Of a stretch of 64,000 bases of DNA, positions 43,103-55,800 are shown one piece after another (position 1 is the stretch's first letter; the number at the start of each line of letters is the position of its first letter). Origin of the DNA: Camelus dromedarius (lineage: Eukaryota). The stretch covers positions 17,858,001 to 17,922,000 of the forward strand of contig NC_087437.1 of assembly GCF_036321535.1 (NCBI RefSeq), written 5' to 3'. Position numbers and translations under genes: made by a program. The notes beneath the pieces are model-generated. The model did no database searches, had not been told where the DNA came from, and was given only the letters and a program-made list of their open reading frames with translations.

Positions 43103-43171
43103 AGAAATTGACAAACTAATCCTAAATTCATTAAAAAATGCTAGGGATCCAGATGGCCAAACAATCTTGAA

Positions 43172-44050
43172 TAGTCATCTATCAGAATGGCCAAAATCCA
43201 AAATACTGACAACATCAAATGCTGACAAGGATGTGGAGCAACAGGAAATTTCATTCATCTGGTGGGAATGCAAAATGGTACAGCCACTTTGGAAGACAGT
43301 TCAGTAGTTTCTTACAAAACTAAACATACTCTTACCATATGATTCAGCAATTGCACTCCTTGGTATTCATTCAAAGGACATAAAAGTTATTTTCACACAA
43401 AAACCTGCACCTGGAAGTTTACAGTAGCTTTATTCATAGCAGATAAACTTTGGAAGCAATCAAAATGCCCTTCAGTAGGTAAGTGGATAAATAAACTGTG
43501 GTATATACAGACAATGGAATATCATTCAGTACTAGAAAGAAATGGGCCATCAAGCCATGAAAAGACATGGAGGAACTGTAAATGCATATTACTGAGTGAA
43601 AGAAGCTATCTGAAAAGGCTATATATGTTACCAACTACATGGCATTCTGGAAAAGGAAAAACTGGTGACAGTAAAGAGATCAGTGGTTGCCAGAGGTTGG
43701 AGGTTGGAGAGGGACTGAATAGGTGGAGCTCAGAGGACTTTTAGGGCAGTGAAAATATACGGTATGACATCCTAATGGTGGATGCATGTCATTAAACATT
43801 TGTCCAAACCTGGAGAACTGTACAACTCTAAAAGTGAACTGTAATGTAACCTATGGACTTTGAATGATTACGATGTGTAAGTGTAAGTTCATCAGTTGTA
43901 ACAAATGTACTCTGATGGGGAATGTTGATAATAGAGGGCTATGCATGTGTGGGGGCAGAGAGTTTATGGGAAATCTCTGTACCTTCCCCCTAATTTTGCT
44001 GTGAATCTAAAACTGCTCTTTAAAAAAAGTCTTAATATTTGTAAAAATTA
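43172..44050 (+). mobile_element. L1MC1-like 3' fragment nested in L1
   Basis: Same 3' UTR type as 24173-25332 (gtgaactgtaatgtaacctatggactttg). Confidence 0.8.
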
Positions 44051-45862
44051 TGGAACAAATAAAAAAGAAAACAAATAACATTAAATTTGAGGTGCAAAAA
44101 AACACCTTACTATGAAGTTACAATAATCAAGACAGTGTACTACTACTGGCATAAGGATACAGATCAATGGAATTCAACTGTGAGTCCAGAAATAAATGCT
44201 CATATTTATGGTCAACTGATTTTTAACAAGGTTGCTAAGATAATTCAATAGGGAAAAACAGTCCTTCAATAAACGGTGCTGTGCCAGGACAGCTGGATAT
44301 CTAATGCACAAGAATAAAGTTGGTCCCCTACCTCATATCATGTACATGTTTCATTCGAAATAGACCAGAGGCCTAAATGTAAGAACTAAAGCTACAAAGC
44401 TCTTAGAAGAAAACAGAAATAAACCATCAAGACTTTGAGCCAGGCAATAGTTTTTTAGATATGACACTAAAAGCAAAAAAAAGCAAAGGGGGAAAAAGAT
44501 AAATTGGACTTCACCAAAATTAAAACTGTATTTCAGAGAACACCATTAAGAAAGTAAAAGACCTCACAGAATGGGAGCAAACTTCTGCAAGCCATATATC
44601 AGATAAGGGACTTTGTGTATCCAGAATACACAAAGAAATCTTACAACTCAACAATAAAGAGACAAATAACCCAATTTTTCAAAATGGACAAAAGATTTGA
44701 ATAGAATTTCTTCAAAGAAGTTATGCTAATGATCAATAAGCACATGGGGAAAAAATGTTCAACACCATTAATCATGAAATAAGTGGAAATCAAGATCACA
44801 GTGAGATAGCCCCGAGGATGGCTATGCCGAGAATTATGGATACTAACAGTTGTTGGCAAGAATGGGGAGGAACTTAAACCTTTATATTTTGCTGGAGGGA
44901 ATGTAAAATAGTGTAGCTCCTTTGGAAAACAGTCGGGCAGTTCCTCAAAAAGTTAAACACATAGTTACCAGATGACCCAGAAATTCCACTCCTCAGTATA
45001 TATCCAAGAGGATGAAAACATATGTCCATATGAAAATTGTACACGAACATTCATAGCAGCATTACTCATAATATCAAAAAAGAAACAAAATACCCATCAG
45101 TTGATGAACTGATAAATAAAATATAGTATAACTGTACAATGAAATATTATTCTTCCATAATTTTAATGCCTGATAGCAACATGGATGAACCTCGAAGACA
45201 ATGTGAGAAGTGAAAGAAGCTGCACACAAGACTTCTGATTACATGAAATATCCAAAATAGGCAAATCTCTAGAGATAGAAAGTAGATTGGTTGCTGCTGG
45301 AGGCTGAAGGAGGGCAAAGTGAGGAGTCACTTCTCGTGAGTATGGGATTTCTTTTTGGAGTGTTGAAAATGTGCTGAAATTAATAGTGGTAATTGACACA
45401 CAACTTTGTGGATATTCTAAAAACTACTCAATTGTACACTTTAAAAAAGTGAACTTTATGAGTGTGAATTATATGTCAATAACGTTATTTTTTAAGAAAA
45501 GAAATGATACCCAAGCTTTGTGATATCTGAGCTATCACACTGATGACTTCGAAATGATCTTGTCTCCAACTCTACTGTTTGTGACCAGACATTGTTTTGA
45601 TGCTATTCTCTGATAGGACTGAGAGGAGAAAGTTTGAGTCTCTGAAGACAAAATTTTTGTGCCTCTTCTAGGCAACTGTTTAATTCTACCTCAAAGACAC
45701 TTTGAACTATGCAATCAGTCCTATTTCCTTCTTCATGTTGGCCATGAGGATGCTCTGAGGCAAACTCTAACAAGTACCCCACATTTAGGACACGTGAACT
45801 CACTGTGGCTATGTCTTATTTTTTTTACCCTTATTTTACCTTGCCCCTATTTTCTCACTGAC

Positions 45863-48532
45863 TGGTTTTTGGTTTTTTTTTCAATCTTTATCTGTATTTT
45901 GTAAGTTGCTGCAAATTCATCTTGCAAAGACGACATACAAATAAATACATTTTTGGTAACAGTGCTATGAAAGGATAGTTCTACAAAGCAGTAGGATAAA
46001 AATCTTATCAGAAATGGGGACTTCTGTAGAATCTCTGTGGGTAGAAATTCCATTCTCACATAATTAGAAAGTCATAATAGGGATGTGTTACAGCCTACCT
46101 GACCAGGAAACCGAGATAGAAATGTTAATTGAGACTGTGCAAGCTGTGAAATTAGGCCAGGTAGTAATAATGGGAGACGTTAATTACTCAATCATAGATT
46201 GGCAAAATGCCTCACTGGGACAAGGGTTGGAAGGGAGATTTTTAGATAAGAGAAATGACTGCTTCCCAGCAAAGATAGAGGAGGAGGCTGTGCAGCAGGG
46301 AAGTGTCCCAGACTGGGATCTGACAGTGAAAAGAACTTGGTTTGGGAAGCTATGCAAATTCATTACCAGTGACCACCACGCAATTTAATTCCACAGGCTT
46401 GCGGGCAAATTAAAATCCACTGCATGTCAATTTACTACTAGAAAGTGTCCTAGGACAAAAACATGAAAGTTAGAATTTTAAAACTCCATAACAAACAAAC
46501 CAAGAGAATATTTTTTTAAAGCAACTTATCCGCAATCCAAGAAAACATCTGAGAGGTTATAATAATTCTCAGCTGACAGAGTCAGAAATGTAACTGTTGA
46601 GAGCAGGAGAAGGGAAGTGTTTTCTTAGAGCAGGAAAAGTGGCAGAGAAAGGAAACACATAAACCCACACAATATGGCAGGTTAGGAATAACTTCAAAAT
46701 GAGATAAACCGAACAAACAAAATATTTGAAGCATCGTATCGAGGTTTCCAACAGGATTGGGAAGATATTCCTTAAATCTACCAAAGGAAGGGATGCAGCT
46801 TGAGAAACAATGGAATCTCTAAAATAATGGCACCAAAGTGGAACAAAAAGAAGAGATAGCAAGACCCTGAATAAAGTCTTTGTCTCCATTTTCAGAAAGT
46901 TCCCCTCTTCTGAAATACCCTGTGAACCCAGGTAAGAATTAAAACTGCTACTGACAGAGATCATGAAACAGGAATGACGAGCTAATGTACCAAAACAAAT
47001 GCACATAATTTGGAGAATTTGGGTGTAAAATACTCGTAAAAGGAACAGAGCAATGTTTAGTTACAGTGTGTATCTAGACTGTCATTAGAGATGGCCTCAG
47101 TCCTAGAAATATTGAGACCTATTTCTCTTCTGACAAGGCAGGGGGACCATAATTAAATAGAATGTACACAACTTTTAAAAAAGAAAATCCATTAGGAGGA
47201 AAGAGAAAATGGCTTATGAATGGGTGAACCAATTAATGCACTGCCATTTTTGGTGTCAGGTGTGTATGTTAGTAATAGATACATTAAAAAAGGTTAACTA
47301 AGAATACACATTTTCATTGAATTATGATCAGAGGACAGAGACCACAGGGAGACAATTTTAGGCAGGAGAGGTGTAAAAACTCTGTGTGCCAGGGATTGGC
47401 TCCAGACCTAGGGGTTTAATTTAACATTTTTGTGAATGATTTGAGAAAGGAAGCAAACAGCAAAGTCTAATAGTTCTGATTATTAAAGAGACATACTGAT
47501 GAAGAGCAGTTGTACAAGTATTTCAGAGGATTTGAAGAGAGAGAAAAACAGCAGATGAATAATACCAGCAGCCACACATGAGCCAGACTTTCCTTGCAAA
47601 GGAGAACTCCAATTAAAGAAATAGTCCACGTAAAACAACACTCTTTCCAACTTTGATCCCAAATCCTTTCCTTCTCACTCGCCTGCCCACTGAGGCCTGC
47701 ACAGGGAGCGGAGCCTGCCTGCGCAGGGTGGAGTCTCGGGGCTGCTGAGGGCACAGTTTTTTCAACAGAAGCATCTTGGGCCATGGTTGTGTGATGCTCG
47801 GCATCTACAAATCACGTTCACGTCCAGCAGCTCCTTTGCATCCTGAGTCCAGCCTGCGGGCTGTTCCCTTCCTTTCCAGACTGTGAAACGAGGGCAGGAA
47901 ACACATACACGGGCTGTTGGGTTCACCTCTGCCGGGGGAATGTGTCTGCAGGTCACAGGGTTAAATGAATAATATTGGGGAAAAAAAATTTGGAACAAAT
48001 GCAAAAGAGTGTAGATCACACAGCAGATAACAAACTTAGAAGTTTCATGAAATAATGCAGAGGGAATGGAAATAAATGTAAAGGGGTTTGGTAACCGTGA
48101 GAGGTGGGATATACCCAGGGGACATCTGGGAGGCCCATCTTTCCGAACTCTGAATCTCACGTGAACTGCTCCTGTTAAAGGAATCTCAAACTGAAGTTGG
48201 TTCTCTGGCCTTGAACTCCTCGGTTCTTTCAGAAGCCCATTCCAGTCCTTGAGGTCTGCACTGCTCTGGTGTGACAATTCCCCTCATCCAGCATCACAGC
48301 CTCCTGGGTACGGACTTGCCCCTGTCCGGTGACCCAGCTTCTGTGCTCTGACACTAAAGAAACCCCAGCTCTCCCTCCAGACACCATGCAGCACTGTCCT
48401 GCGGAGCCCTGGCCCGGTGCCACCCTCGATCTGAGCATCTTCTTGGCTGCCGCCCAGATCCTCACCCTGGGCACGGTCTCCGGCCTTTGTGCCGCCCTGT
48501 TCTCCTGTGGGCAGAGGACAAGCAGCCACTGA
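45863..48532 (+). pseudogene. Decayed Ig-superfamily gene, unit 1: possible leader, VJ-type V exon, hinge/C1 remnant, Cys+TM exon
   Basis: Leader-like WFLVFFSIFICI then GTAAGT (45863-45906). V exon about 47663-47958 (LLTRLP..FFQQKH..FAS*V..SL..TYT/AVGF..GGMCLQVT). 75-nt phase-1 exon 48233-48307. Phase-1 TM exon 48381-48532 with high GC3. The canonical V-domain Cys and Trp are not intact. Confidence 0.5.
45960..47570 (+). mobile_element. Ancient CR1/L3-clade LINE relic with ORF2 endonuclease and RT remnants
   Basis: Translation VESLWVEIP..IIGMCYSLPDQ..VIMGDVNY..IDW..FLD..NDCF..SDH (46026-46385, APE-type endonuclease); LNKVFVSIF near 46867; FNIFVNDL at 47420-47443 (RT). Confidence 0.85.
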
Positions 48533-48915
48533 AAGACCTCATTTCCAGATGGCAGGAAATGCAGGATTTGCAACTCTTCACTAACCTGAAGCAGAAGCTG
48601 CAAATCAATCCAGAGTCTGTAATCCCCCTGATGGCATCTCTTTAGGAGAAGTTTTATAAATGAAGGGCTTGGCAGGTGGCCTCTTTGATGCAGCTACCTG
48701 GGACCAATTGTAGAGCTTTGATTTGAAGAAGCAGGACTTTGAGGACTCAGCATTCTTAGCTCATGCTGAAGTATGTAATATACACGGCAAACCTATACAT
48801 ATTCCAGGTCCACCTTTTTCTCCCACCTGTGAAGAAACTACTAAATATCTTGGTTCTGAAATACTTTTGTTCCCTCCCTATACAAGAGACCATAATTGTT
48901 TAGAACGGGCTTTCA

Positions 48916-49098
48916 GGGGAAAGGGGTACAGCTCAGCATAGTCAGCATGCGTGAAGTCCTGGGTTCAAATCCCCCAGTGCCGCCATTAGGAAAAAGAAAA
49001 AAAATTTTAATAAAGAAGCAAAAAATTTAAAAGAGAGAGCTTTAAAAAAGAAACAAAAAAGATAAACAAAAACTAGAGTGAAAAACAAATTTAAAAAA
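48916..49098 (+). mobile_element. Vic-1-type SINE with long A-rich tail
   Basis: ggggtacagctcag..gtcctgggttcaaatccccagt; TSD agaa(c)gggctttca at 48902-48915 and 49099-49111. Confidence 0.85.
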
Positions 49099-49404
49099 AG
49101 AAGGGCTTTCAAGAGGTAGTTAAGCGCTTTACAATGCTAAATTATGAAGAGGTAGGTGAGAGAGTTTTGACATTAAGCATGTATGATATGCTGAAATAGT
49201 TACCCAGGGTTGTACAGTAACTTACCCACAAAGAAGAGCTGAGAATAAAGGTTTCTCTCTTGAGCTGAGTAAAGACGGTAACTTATTAAATAATGATAAA
49301 TAACAGGTATGTCGTAGTGAGACATGAACCTAATGCCTAAGTAAGAGGAACCTACTTTTAAGAGGGACCACGTTATTGTAATCTGATCCAACCTCTCCCC
49401 AGGG

Positions 49405-49590
49405 CAGCATGGTAAACTCTGTGAGAACGTGAACTCCGGACCCAGGCGACCTGGGTTTCAAGTGACACTCACTAGCTGTGTGACCTTGGGATAGCTAATT
49501 CTATCTCCACCCTTGGTTTTCCCCTCTATAGGAAGGAGATAACAGTCTCAACCTCACAGGGTTAAATGAATAACGTTGAAAGCATATAGA
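49405..49590 (+). mobile_element. MIR
   Basis: cctgggttt..actcactagctgtgtgaccttggg..acctcacagggtt. Confidence 0.75.
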
Positions 49591-49874
49591 ATAAATAAAT
49601 GCAAAAGTTTACTAGCTTACAAGGCTAAAACTAGACCCCCTTCTCTGCCTTACATTCAGCTGAAATTCACCTCCTTATTGACGTCCATGCATTGGCCCAG
49701 TTTGGCAATATAAAATATTCACTTTTCTATATGATAATCCTTTTGATATTGAAAGACACATATAGAATTTCTTCCTTAAAATACTTCTCCTATGTTAATT
49801 ATACCTCAAGTAAAAACAAACAAGCAAACAAACTTCTAAATGTAGCCAGACTTGTTTCTTCAGATTTTTCATAT

Positions 49875-50323
49875 GTGGCCAACCCCATGCGTTGGCTAAG
49901 CCAGCAGCTAATCCGTAACTCTTTCACACTTCCTTACTTGCTGCCTCCCACTGCGATGCTGGGACACCAAATGTTCACTTTTCCAGCCTCCCTTGCATCT
50001 AGGAACAGACAAGTTGCCAAGTTCTAGCCAAGGAGACACAGGAATATTTACCTGAAGACCTTGATGTTTTGAGAAAAGAGCTACATCTGCCTACATTGTT
50101 CACCTTCTCTCTTCAACTCAGGTGTGATGCCTGAAGCCACGGTGGTCGTGTGGGGCTGCTAAGGATGGAGGAGCAGAAGTACTGAAAGAGCCTGGGTATT
50201 GACGACTGGGTTAAGCTGCTGAGTGTGTGTGGTAACTGTCCATCTCTAGACTTCTTATTATGTCAGAAAAATAATGTCCTTTTAGTTAAGCCAATGTTCA
50301 TCCAAAAGCATCCTAATCAGTGC
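49875..50323 (+). mobile_element. Old MaLR/ERVL LTR (MLT1-like)
   Basis: tttccagcctcccttgcatctagg..ttctagccaa; ends ttaagcca..caaaagcatcctaatcagtgca. Confidence 0.65.
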
Positions 50324-50559
50324 ATCTTTAGTTTAGTTTGCCAAGGTTCTTGTTCTCCTGCTTCTGCTCCCTCAGATGTGGGTTACTCTCTTAGCATCAT
50401 TTTTAAAGCATGGCTGCTTTTTTTGATAATTCATCTGCTATTTTTGATAATTTCCTAAAGGGGTAGTTCTAAGATCCCATGTTTCGATTTTTGTTAAGTT
50501 CCACAACATAAAATTTCTCCATAACTGGAAATACAAAAAAGTATGCTGTCTTTAGGAAA

Positions 50560-52250
50560 ATAATATGCCCTTAAATCTTATATAAAAACATACCAGTAGT
50601 GGATTAGTGCTCTAATTTTTTACTAGAAAAGTACAAGAAATATATACAGAAGGATATTTTTTAACTACTGGGATTGAGAAGACCTTAATGTGTATGAAGA
50701 AAATTCTAGAAGCCTAAAGGAAAAATAAACAGATTTGACCACATAAAAATTAAAACATAAAAGGTAAAACATATAAAAAGGTAAAATGTAAGTAGCAGAG
50801 GAGAAAACAATATACAAAATGCATGTAGCAAACCAAGGATTACTGCTGAGAACATACTTAAAAACTCCTACAAGTCAATAAAAATATCAAACTATTAAAA
50901 ATAAACATCCAGCTCACACACAAAAAACCATAAATGTCCAATGAAAACATAGGCTATAGATTTTAACAGGCACTTAATCTAAGAAGATGGCAAATAAGCA
51001 CATGAAAAGATGCTTATGATCATTAGTCGTTAGGGAAATGAAGATCCAAACCAGAAGGAGATAATACTTCATACTTATTAGAATGTCTAAGATTAAAAAG
51101 ACTGATCACAGCAAGTGTTGGCAATGATGTAGAGCTACTGGGATTCTCATACACTGCTGGAGGAAATGTAAAATGGTACAACTGTTTTGGAAAAGAGTTT
51201 GGCAGTGTCTTAAGTTAAACGTGTACCTGCCACATGACACATCAATTTACTTCCAGATATTTACCCAAGAGAAATGAGAACACACACCTACACAAACACT
51301 TGTATATGAATACTCATAGCAGCTTTATTTGTAATGTCTCTAAACTGGCAACTATCCAAATGTCTTTCAGTGGGTGCGTGGACAGCTTGTGGTATATCCA
51401 TACAATAGAATATTACTCAGCATTAAGAAGGAATATAGGCAACAACATGGAGAATCTCAAAATAGTCCAAGTGGAAAAGCCAGATGCACCCATCTCCCAA
51501 AATAAAAGTACATAGTGCATTTTTTTATTTATGTAAAATTCTGGGAAATGAAGCTAATCTGCAGTAACAGGAAGCAGAGTAGTTTTTGCCAGAGGTTGGT
51601 GCTGGAGGAAGGGAAGGGAATAAAAAGGATTACAAAAGGGAACAAAGAAACTTTGGAAAGTGATGAACATGTTCCTTATCTTAACTACTGGGAGACTTTG
51701 CTAGATGTATATCTATATGTCAAAACTCAAAAAATTGTACACTGTATGTACAGGTACTCTGCAGTTTATTGTATGTCAACTGTACCTCAATAAAGCTGAA
51801 AAAAGCAAAAAGAGGGAGAAAGATGACACCTACATGTACTGCATGATCCTCAGTTGGATCCTGACCAGAAAATAAAAGTGGCATAAAGGGCATTATGAGG
51901 GCAATTGGGGAAACTATAACTTAAATCACAGTGGTATGATTTAGATAACATTATTGTATCAAGATTAAATTTTCTTAATTTAGCAATTTTACTACTGTTG
52001 TGAAAGAGACTACACCTGTCCTTAGGAAATGCACACTGAAGAATTTGGGAAGGAAAGGATATGATGATTGAACTTATTCTCAAAGGTTCAGAAAAAAACC
52101 AATAGCATAATAATAATGTGTGTGCATAATACATATGGAAAGAGAATGCGGCAAAGTGTTCAAGTTTGGTAGACCTGCAGGAGCTCTTTGTACTATTCTT
52201 ACACTTTTTTATATATTTGAAATCATTTCAAAATAAAAAGGTGAAAAATT
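50560..52250 (+). mobile_element. L1 (L1MC/ME-type) ORF2 end and 3' UTR
   Basis: ggcaaataagcacatgaaaagatgct..aaatgtaaaatggtacaactgttttggaaa. Confidence 0.8.
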
Positions 52251-52603
52251 CCTATGAATAGACAAATTGTGGTAAAGCCACTTATTGGCATAAGTATCTA
52301 TAAAAGGGATTTTGAAACATTTGTTTTTAGGAGCAAAAGGTCATAATGACCTATGTGCGCATCTTGAAGACAAGTCTTAAATAAATATGTCAACCATATT
52401 AAGAAATATCATGCAGCCTTTGAAAAGAGCAAGATGTATCTCATTCTTTCTTGGTGAGAAAAGTTCTTCAAGATACATTGTTAAGTGAAAAAGCAAGCTA
52501 GGTAACAACATGCTAAGTATGATCCACGTATGTGAAAAAACAAAGAAAAAATTCTATGTGACTCTATATAACAAATTTCTAGAAAGTCATTTGAAAGGAT
52601 ATG

Positions 52604-52822
52604 CAACTGGCCCTTGAGCAACCAAGGTGATGGGAGCTTGAACACTGCATAGTGGAAAATCTGTGTATAAGTTAGAGTGGTCCCTCTGTATCCCTGCCCA
52701 GTTCTGAATCCGTAGATTCAACCAATCACAAAGCGTGCAGTACTGTAATATCTGCTACTCAGAAAAATCTGTGTATAGGTGGACCCGTGTAGTTCAAACT
52801 AGTGTTGTTTAAGGGTTGATTG
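52604..52822 (-). mobile_element. Tigger2a-like non-autonomous DNA transposon
   Basis: Degenerate TIRs caactggcccttgagcaac / gttgtttaagggttgattg with TA on the right flank; internal gtggacccgtgtagttcaaac. Confidence 0.8.
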
Positions 52823-55800
52823 TACACAGAAATCTTAACTGTGGTTTTTCCTTAGGAAAGGCCATTATGTTGGGGGTGGAGGTGAGGGATTTGGTGAAGT
52901 AAAACCTTTACATTTTACTGTATTTACTTTGAGTTATTTTTCAGTTAGTATGCATATATATATGCACACACACACACATACTTGCAACGATAGATTTTCC
53001 TTCTCTCTGTCATATGTAAACATTGCACTAGCAACTCTAAGTGATGCCCATTGCTCAAAATTTGTTAAGGATTAAAGGGTTAGGTCCATTCTGAGCTGTC
53101 TTCCCTGTAATGCTTTTTGATGGGGTTCTGCTCCCGTTTCTAATTCATCCTTCTATTGGGTCCTTTTATTATCATTGTACACATCTCCCAGGATATGAGT
53201 CCATCGAAGGCTCAAGAGAAGCCTTAGGAATCCTTGTCACTACTCATTCCTATTTTCCTGACTGCATCTCTAAAGGATGTTAGGAAGAGCCTTGCTTTAG
53301 ACCTTGCAAACCCCATCTCAGGCCATAAGACTATAACCCTAACTGAGAGAAATAAATGTCACTGTCAAATTCAAATGAAAATGTATCTTTTCTTGCAGGA
53401 AATATGTGGAAGCAACTACACACATTTTGTGGTCAAAGACTGCCTTTTTCATGTTTGACTTTTACAAAAATCTCACAAGGATGTACACAAAAATGTTGTT
53501 TTTATTCATCATTTCTTCATTTTTCTTGATTAAAATGAAAAGACAGTCACATCGTAACAATGTTTATTAATTATGGATAGGAAGCAATCAAATGTGCCTC
53601 CATTTCTTCTAGAAACCCTTGGAACGAGGCAGCAGGTATTCAGGACCATGGAGGTTGTTGGGAATGTAGGACTGCATTACTGTCCTTATAAGCAGCGAGG
53701 AGAGCCAGCTACTAATTTTATTTCCAAACTTGTTGGTTTCCAAATTTCCCAATTGGCCAACACAGATGGATATATTTCCCCGAAGGGCTCTCCTGCCTAT
53801 TTCACTCTCTGTTTTAGAGAATGCGTAATAGTACTACGAGCCTCCACCTTACTTAACTGTGTTACAGTCAAATTACAGTAACTCCTAGCAATAACTCAAG
53901 AGTCACTGTAGTGTCTACAACATTCAGTTGCCACCAGTGAGACAAGCAGGAGAAAGAAAGAAGACAAATAAAGGAAATTAAGATGACTTGTTCTTTTTGA
54001 CTTTCTGAAGTTAGACAAAGATTGGTTGTAAGAACTAGAGAAAGACATGTACCAAGGGCTCTAAGGGATACACAATTCTACCTCTTTCTCTCTCTGCTCC
54101 CCCTCCTCCCTCCCTCCCTCTCCCTCTTCCTCCCCCTCCCTCATTCCTCCCTGCCTTTCCCTACCTCAGAAAGTAATCTCATCCTTTCGTCACATATTAT
54201 TGAAATCCCGGTTCTTTAAAAAACTCTCATTTTTGCCCAGACTGAGAGCATGTCATTTGGAAGTGATGTGCAAGGCAAGAGATAACCAGGTAGAACTCAG
54301 CGATTCGCCACAGAAAATGGTTCCACGTTTGGCCGTATTGCTATCAGAGTCTGTCCCTCAATAGCTCTTTACTGCTTCGAGCTCAGAATCTGCTGATTCA
54401 AGACTTTGCTTGCATGGGGAGGTGTGAGGGTGAGGGAGAAAGGGAAGCCTAGCAGTGCAAGAGGAGTTAGGAAGAAATATTAATAGTCCCTACAGAACAC
54501 ATAAGAAGTCAGAGGATTTTTTTTAATAGAAATAGTGCCCCCTCCCCTTCTCTTCATCTCTTTCTACCTCATTCCGTGTCTTCATTTCATGCTATGGTGG
54601 TGTTGATTGGGAGGGAAGAATCTTCTCAGCTAGCTGCTTAGCACCAAGCAGACGCACTTTGGTTGAAAGTGGTTAGTGGTTAGGGGTTAGTCAAATACAG
54701 GCAGACACGATAAAGTTAAGTAGGGATGTTTAGATGGTGCGGTAATGGGAATTCAAAAAATGAGTCTACAAATCACCCAAAAGCACACTGGTGCACACAT
54801 TCATTTCCATTCGTATAGGTTCCAGAGAGAATCAAAACACACCCCAAATGGACTGACAGAATAGAAACATTAAGGAATAAGTTAGATGTTTTCATTTCTT
54901 TAATAACTTTCATTCAGTTCCAATAACTTCACACAAATTCAGAGGGAGATAGCAAACTTTCACTGCCTTTGAACCAAAAGTATGTGAAATGCTTATTTTT
55001 TCATTTACCAATGATCTTCTTGTTTTAATGATGGCTCCTAAACTTTTATATGAATCCACAAGTATTTAAACTCATAGATAAATAAATTGTCATTTTTCTC
55101 AACTGCTTTGTTTTAGTCATGGCTTTCTAATGTTCCCTTGTACTTGAATCATGGACTTTTAGACTCATGGACACATTTAAGTCCTCATTTGTCAATAATG
55201 CTCTTGAGAGTACAGAGCCAGCTCCATTAGAGTGAGGTAAAAAATTCTCAAATTATATTTATATTTCCACATATCTTAAGGTGTCTCATTCCACATCAGG
55301 AAGCAAGACTCAGATACTTTTCTGTGTTAATGTCTCCAATCAAAGGAAGACATTAATTAAGGAAATTGATAAGGAGATTTGTGGACCAAAGGGGACATAA
55401 AGGCATAAGCCATCCATGTTTACATTTTTATTCATTTTGTGGACATTAGCTGATCTTAGTTTTTAAGTAATGCAAATAATTTATCTAATATGCAGGGAAG
55501 TGATAAAGGGAAGGGAAGAGAAAGTCCAGCCTTCATTGCTTCCCTAATGAATCAATGCCTAATTTCCTAATAAATCAACCTAATCTTAATGCTGAGCATC
55601 TTTTATCTTTACTTCCTCTCTAGCCATGCCAACACTTAATAGTTTCCAATACTCTTTCTTTTTTCTCATAACCTCAACCTAATAGCAAGCTTCACCTATG
55701 AGGAAGCTCCCTCAACAAGCACATATACTCCATGACTAATGATAAATTATATAAATATAGAAGCCAGATTCATGTCTGTGAATGAGAAAAACTGTAAGCG

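Larger units (their letters stand above)
40920..45490 (+). mobile_element. L1 (L1M3/L1MB-type) with 5' region, ORF1 remnant, internal deletion, ORF2 end and 3' UTR
   Basis: ORF 42568-42753 (NINLHIQKAQQTSSRINSKRSTPRHIIVKLSK) is L1 ORF1p-like; ORF2 C-terminal motifs at 44100-44900. Confidence 0.85.

Noticed and set aside
755..45399. Many 60-115 aa ORFs in the track
   Set aside because: They lie inside L1, L2, LTR or SINE sequence or are low-complexity, as expected by chance.
46083..46388. 101-aa ORF as a functional endonuclease gene
   Set aside because: Flanked by in-frame stops and frameshifts, with altered motifs (YSLP for YRPP, GDVN for GDFN); treated as a CR1 fossil.
47762..48277. Longest ORF in the track (171 aa, minus strand), plus overlapping minus-strand ORFs 48229-48603 and 48284-48529
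   Set aside because: Not recognisable as proteins; best explained as antisense shadows of the GC-rich + strand relic exons.
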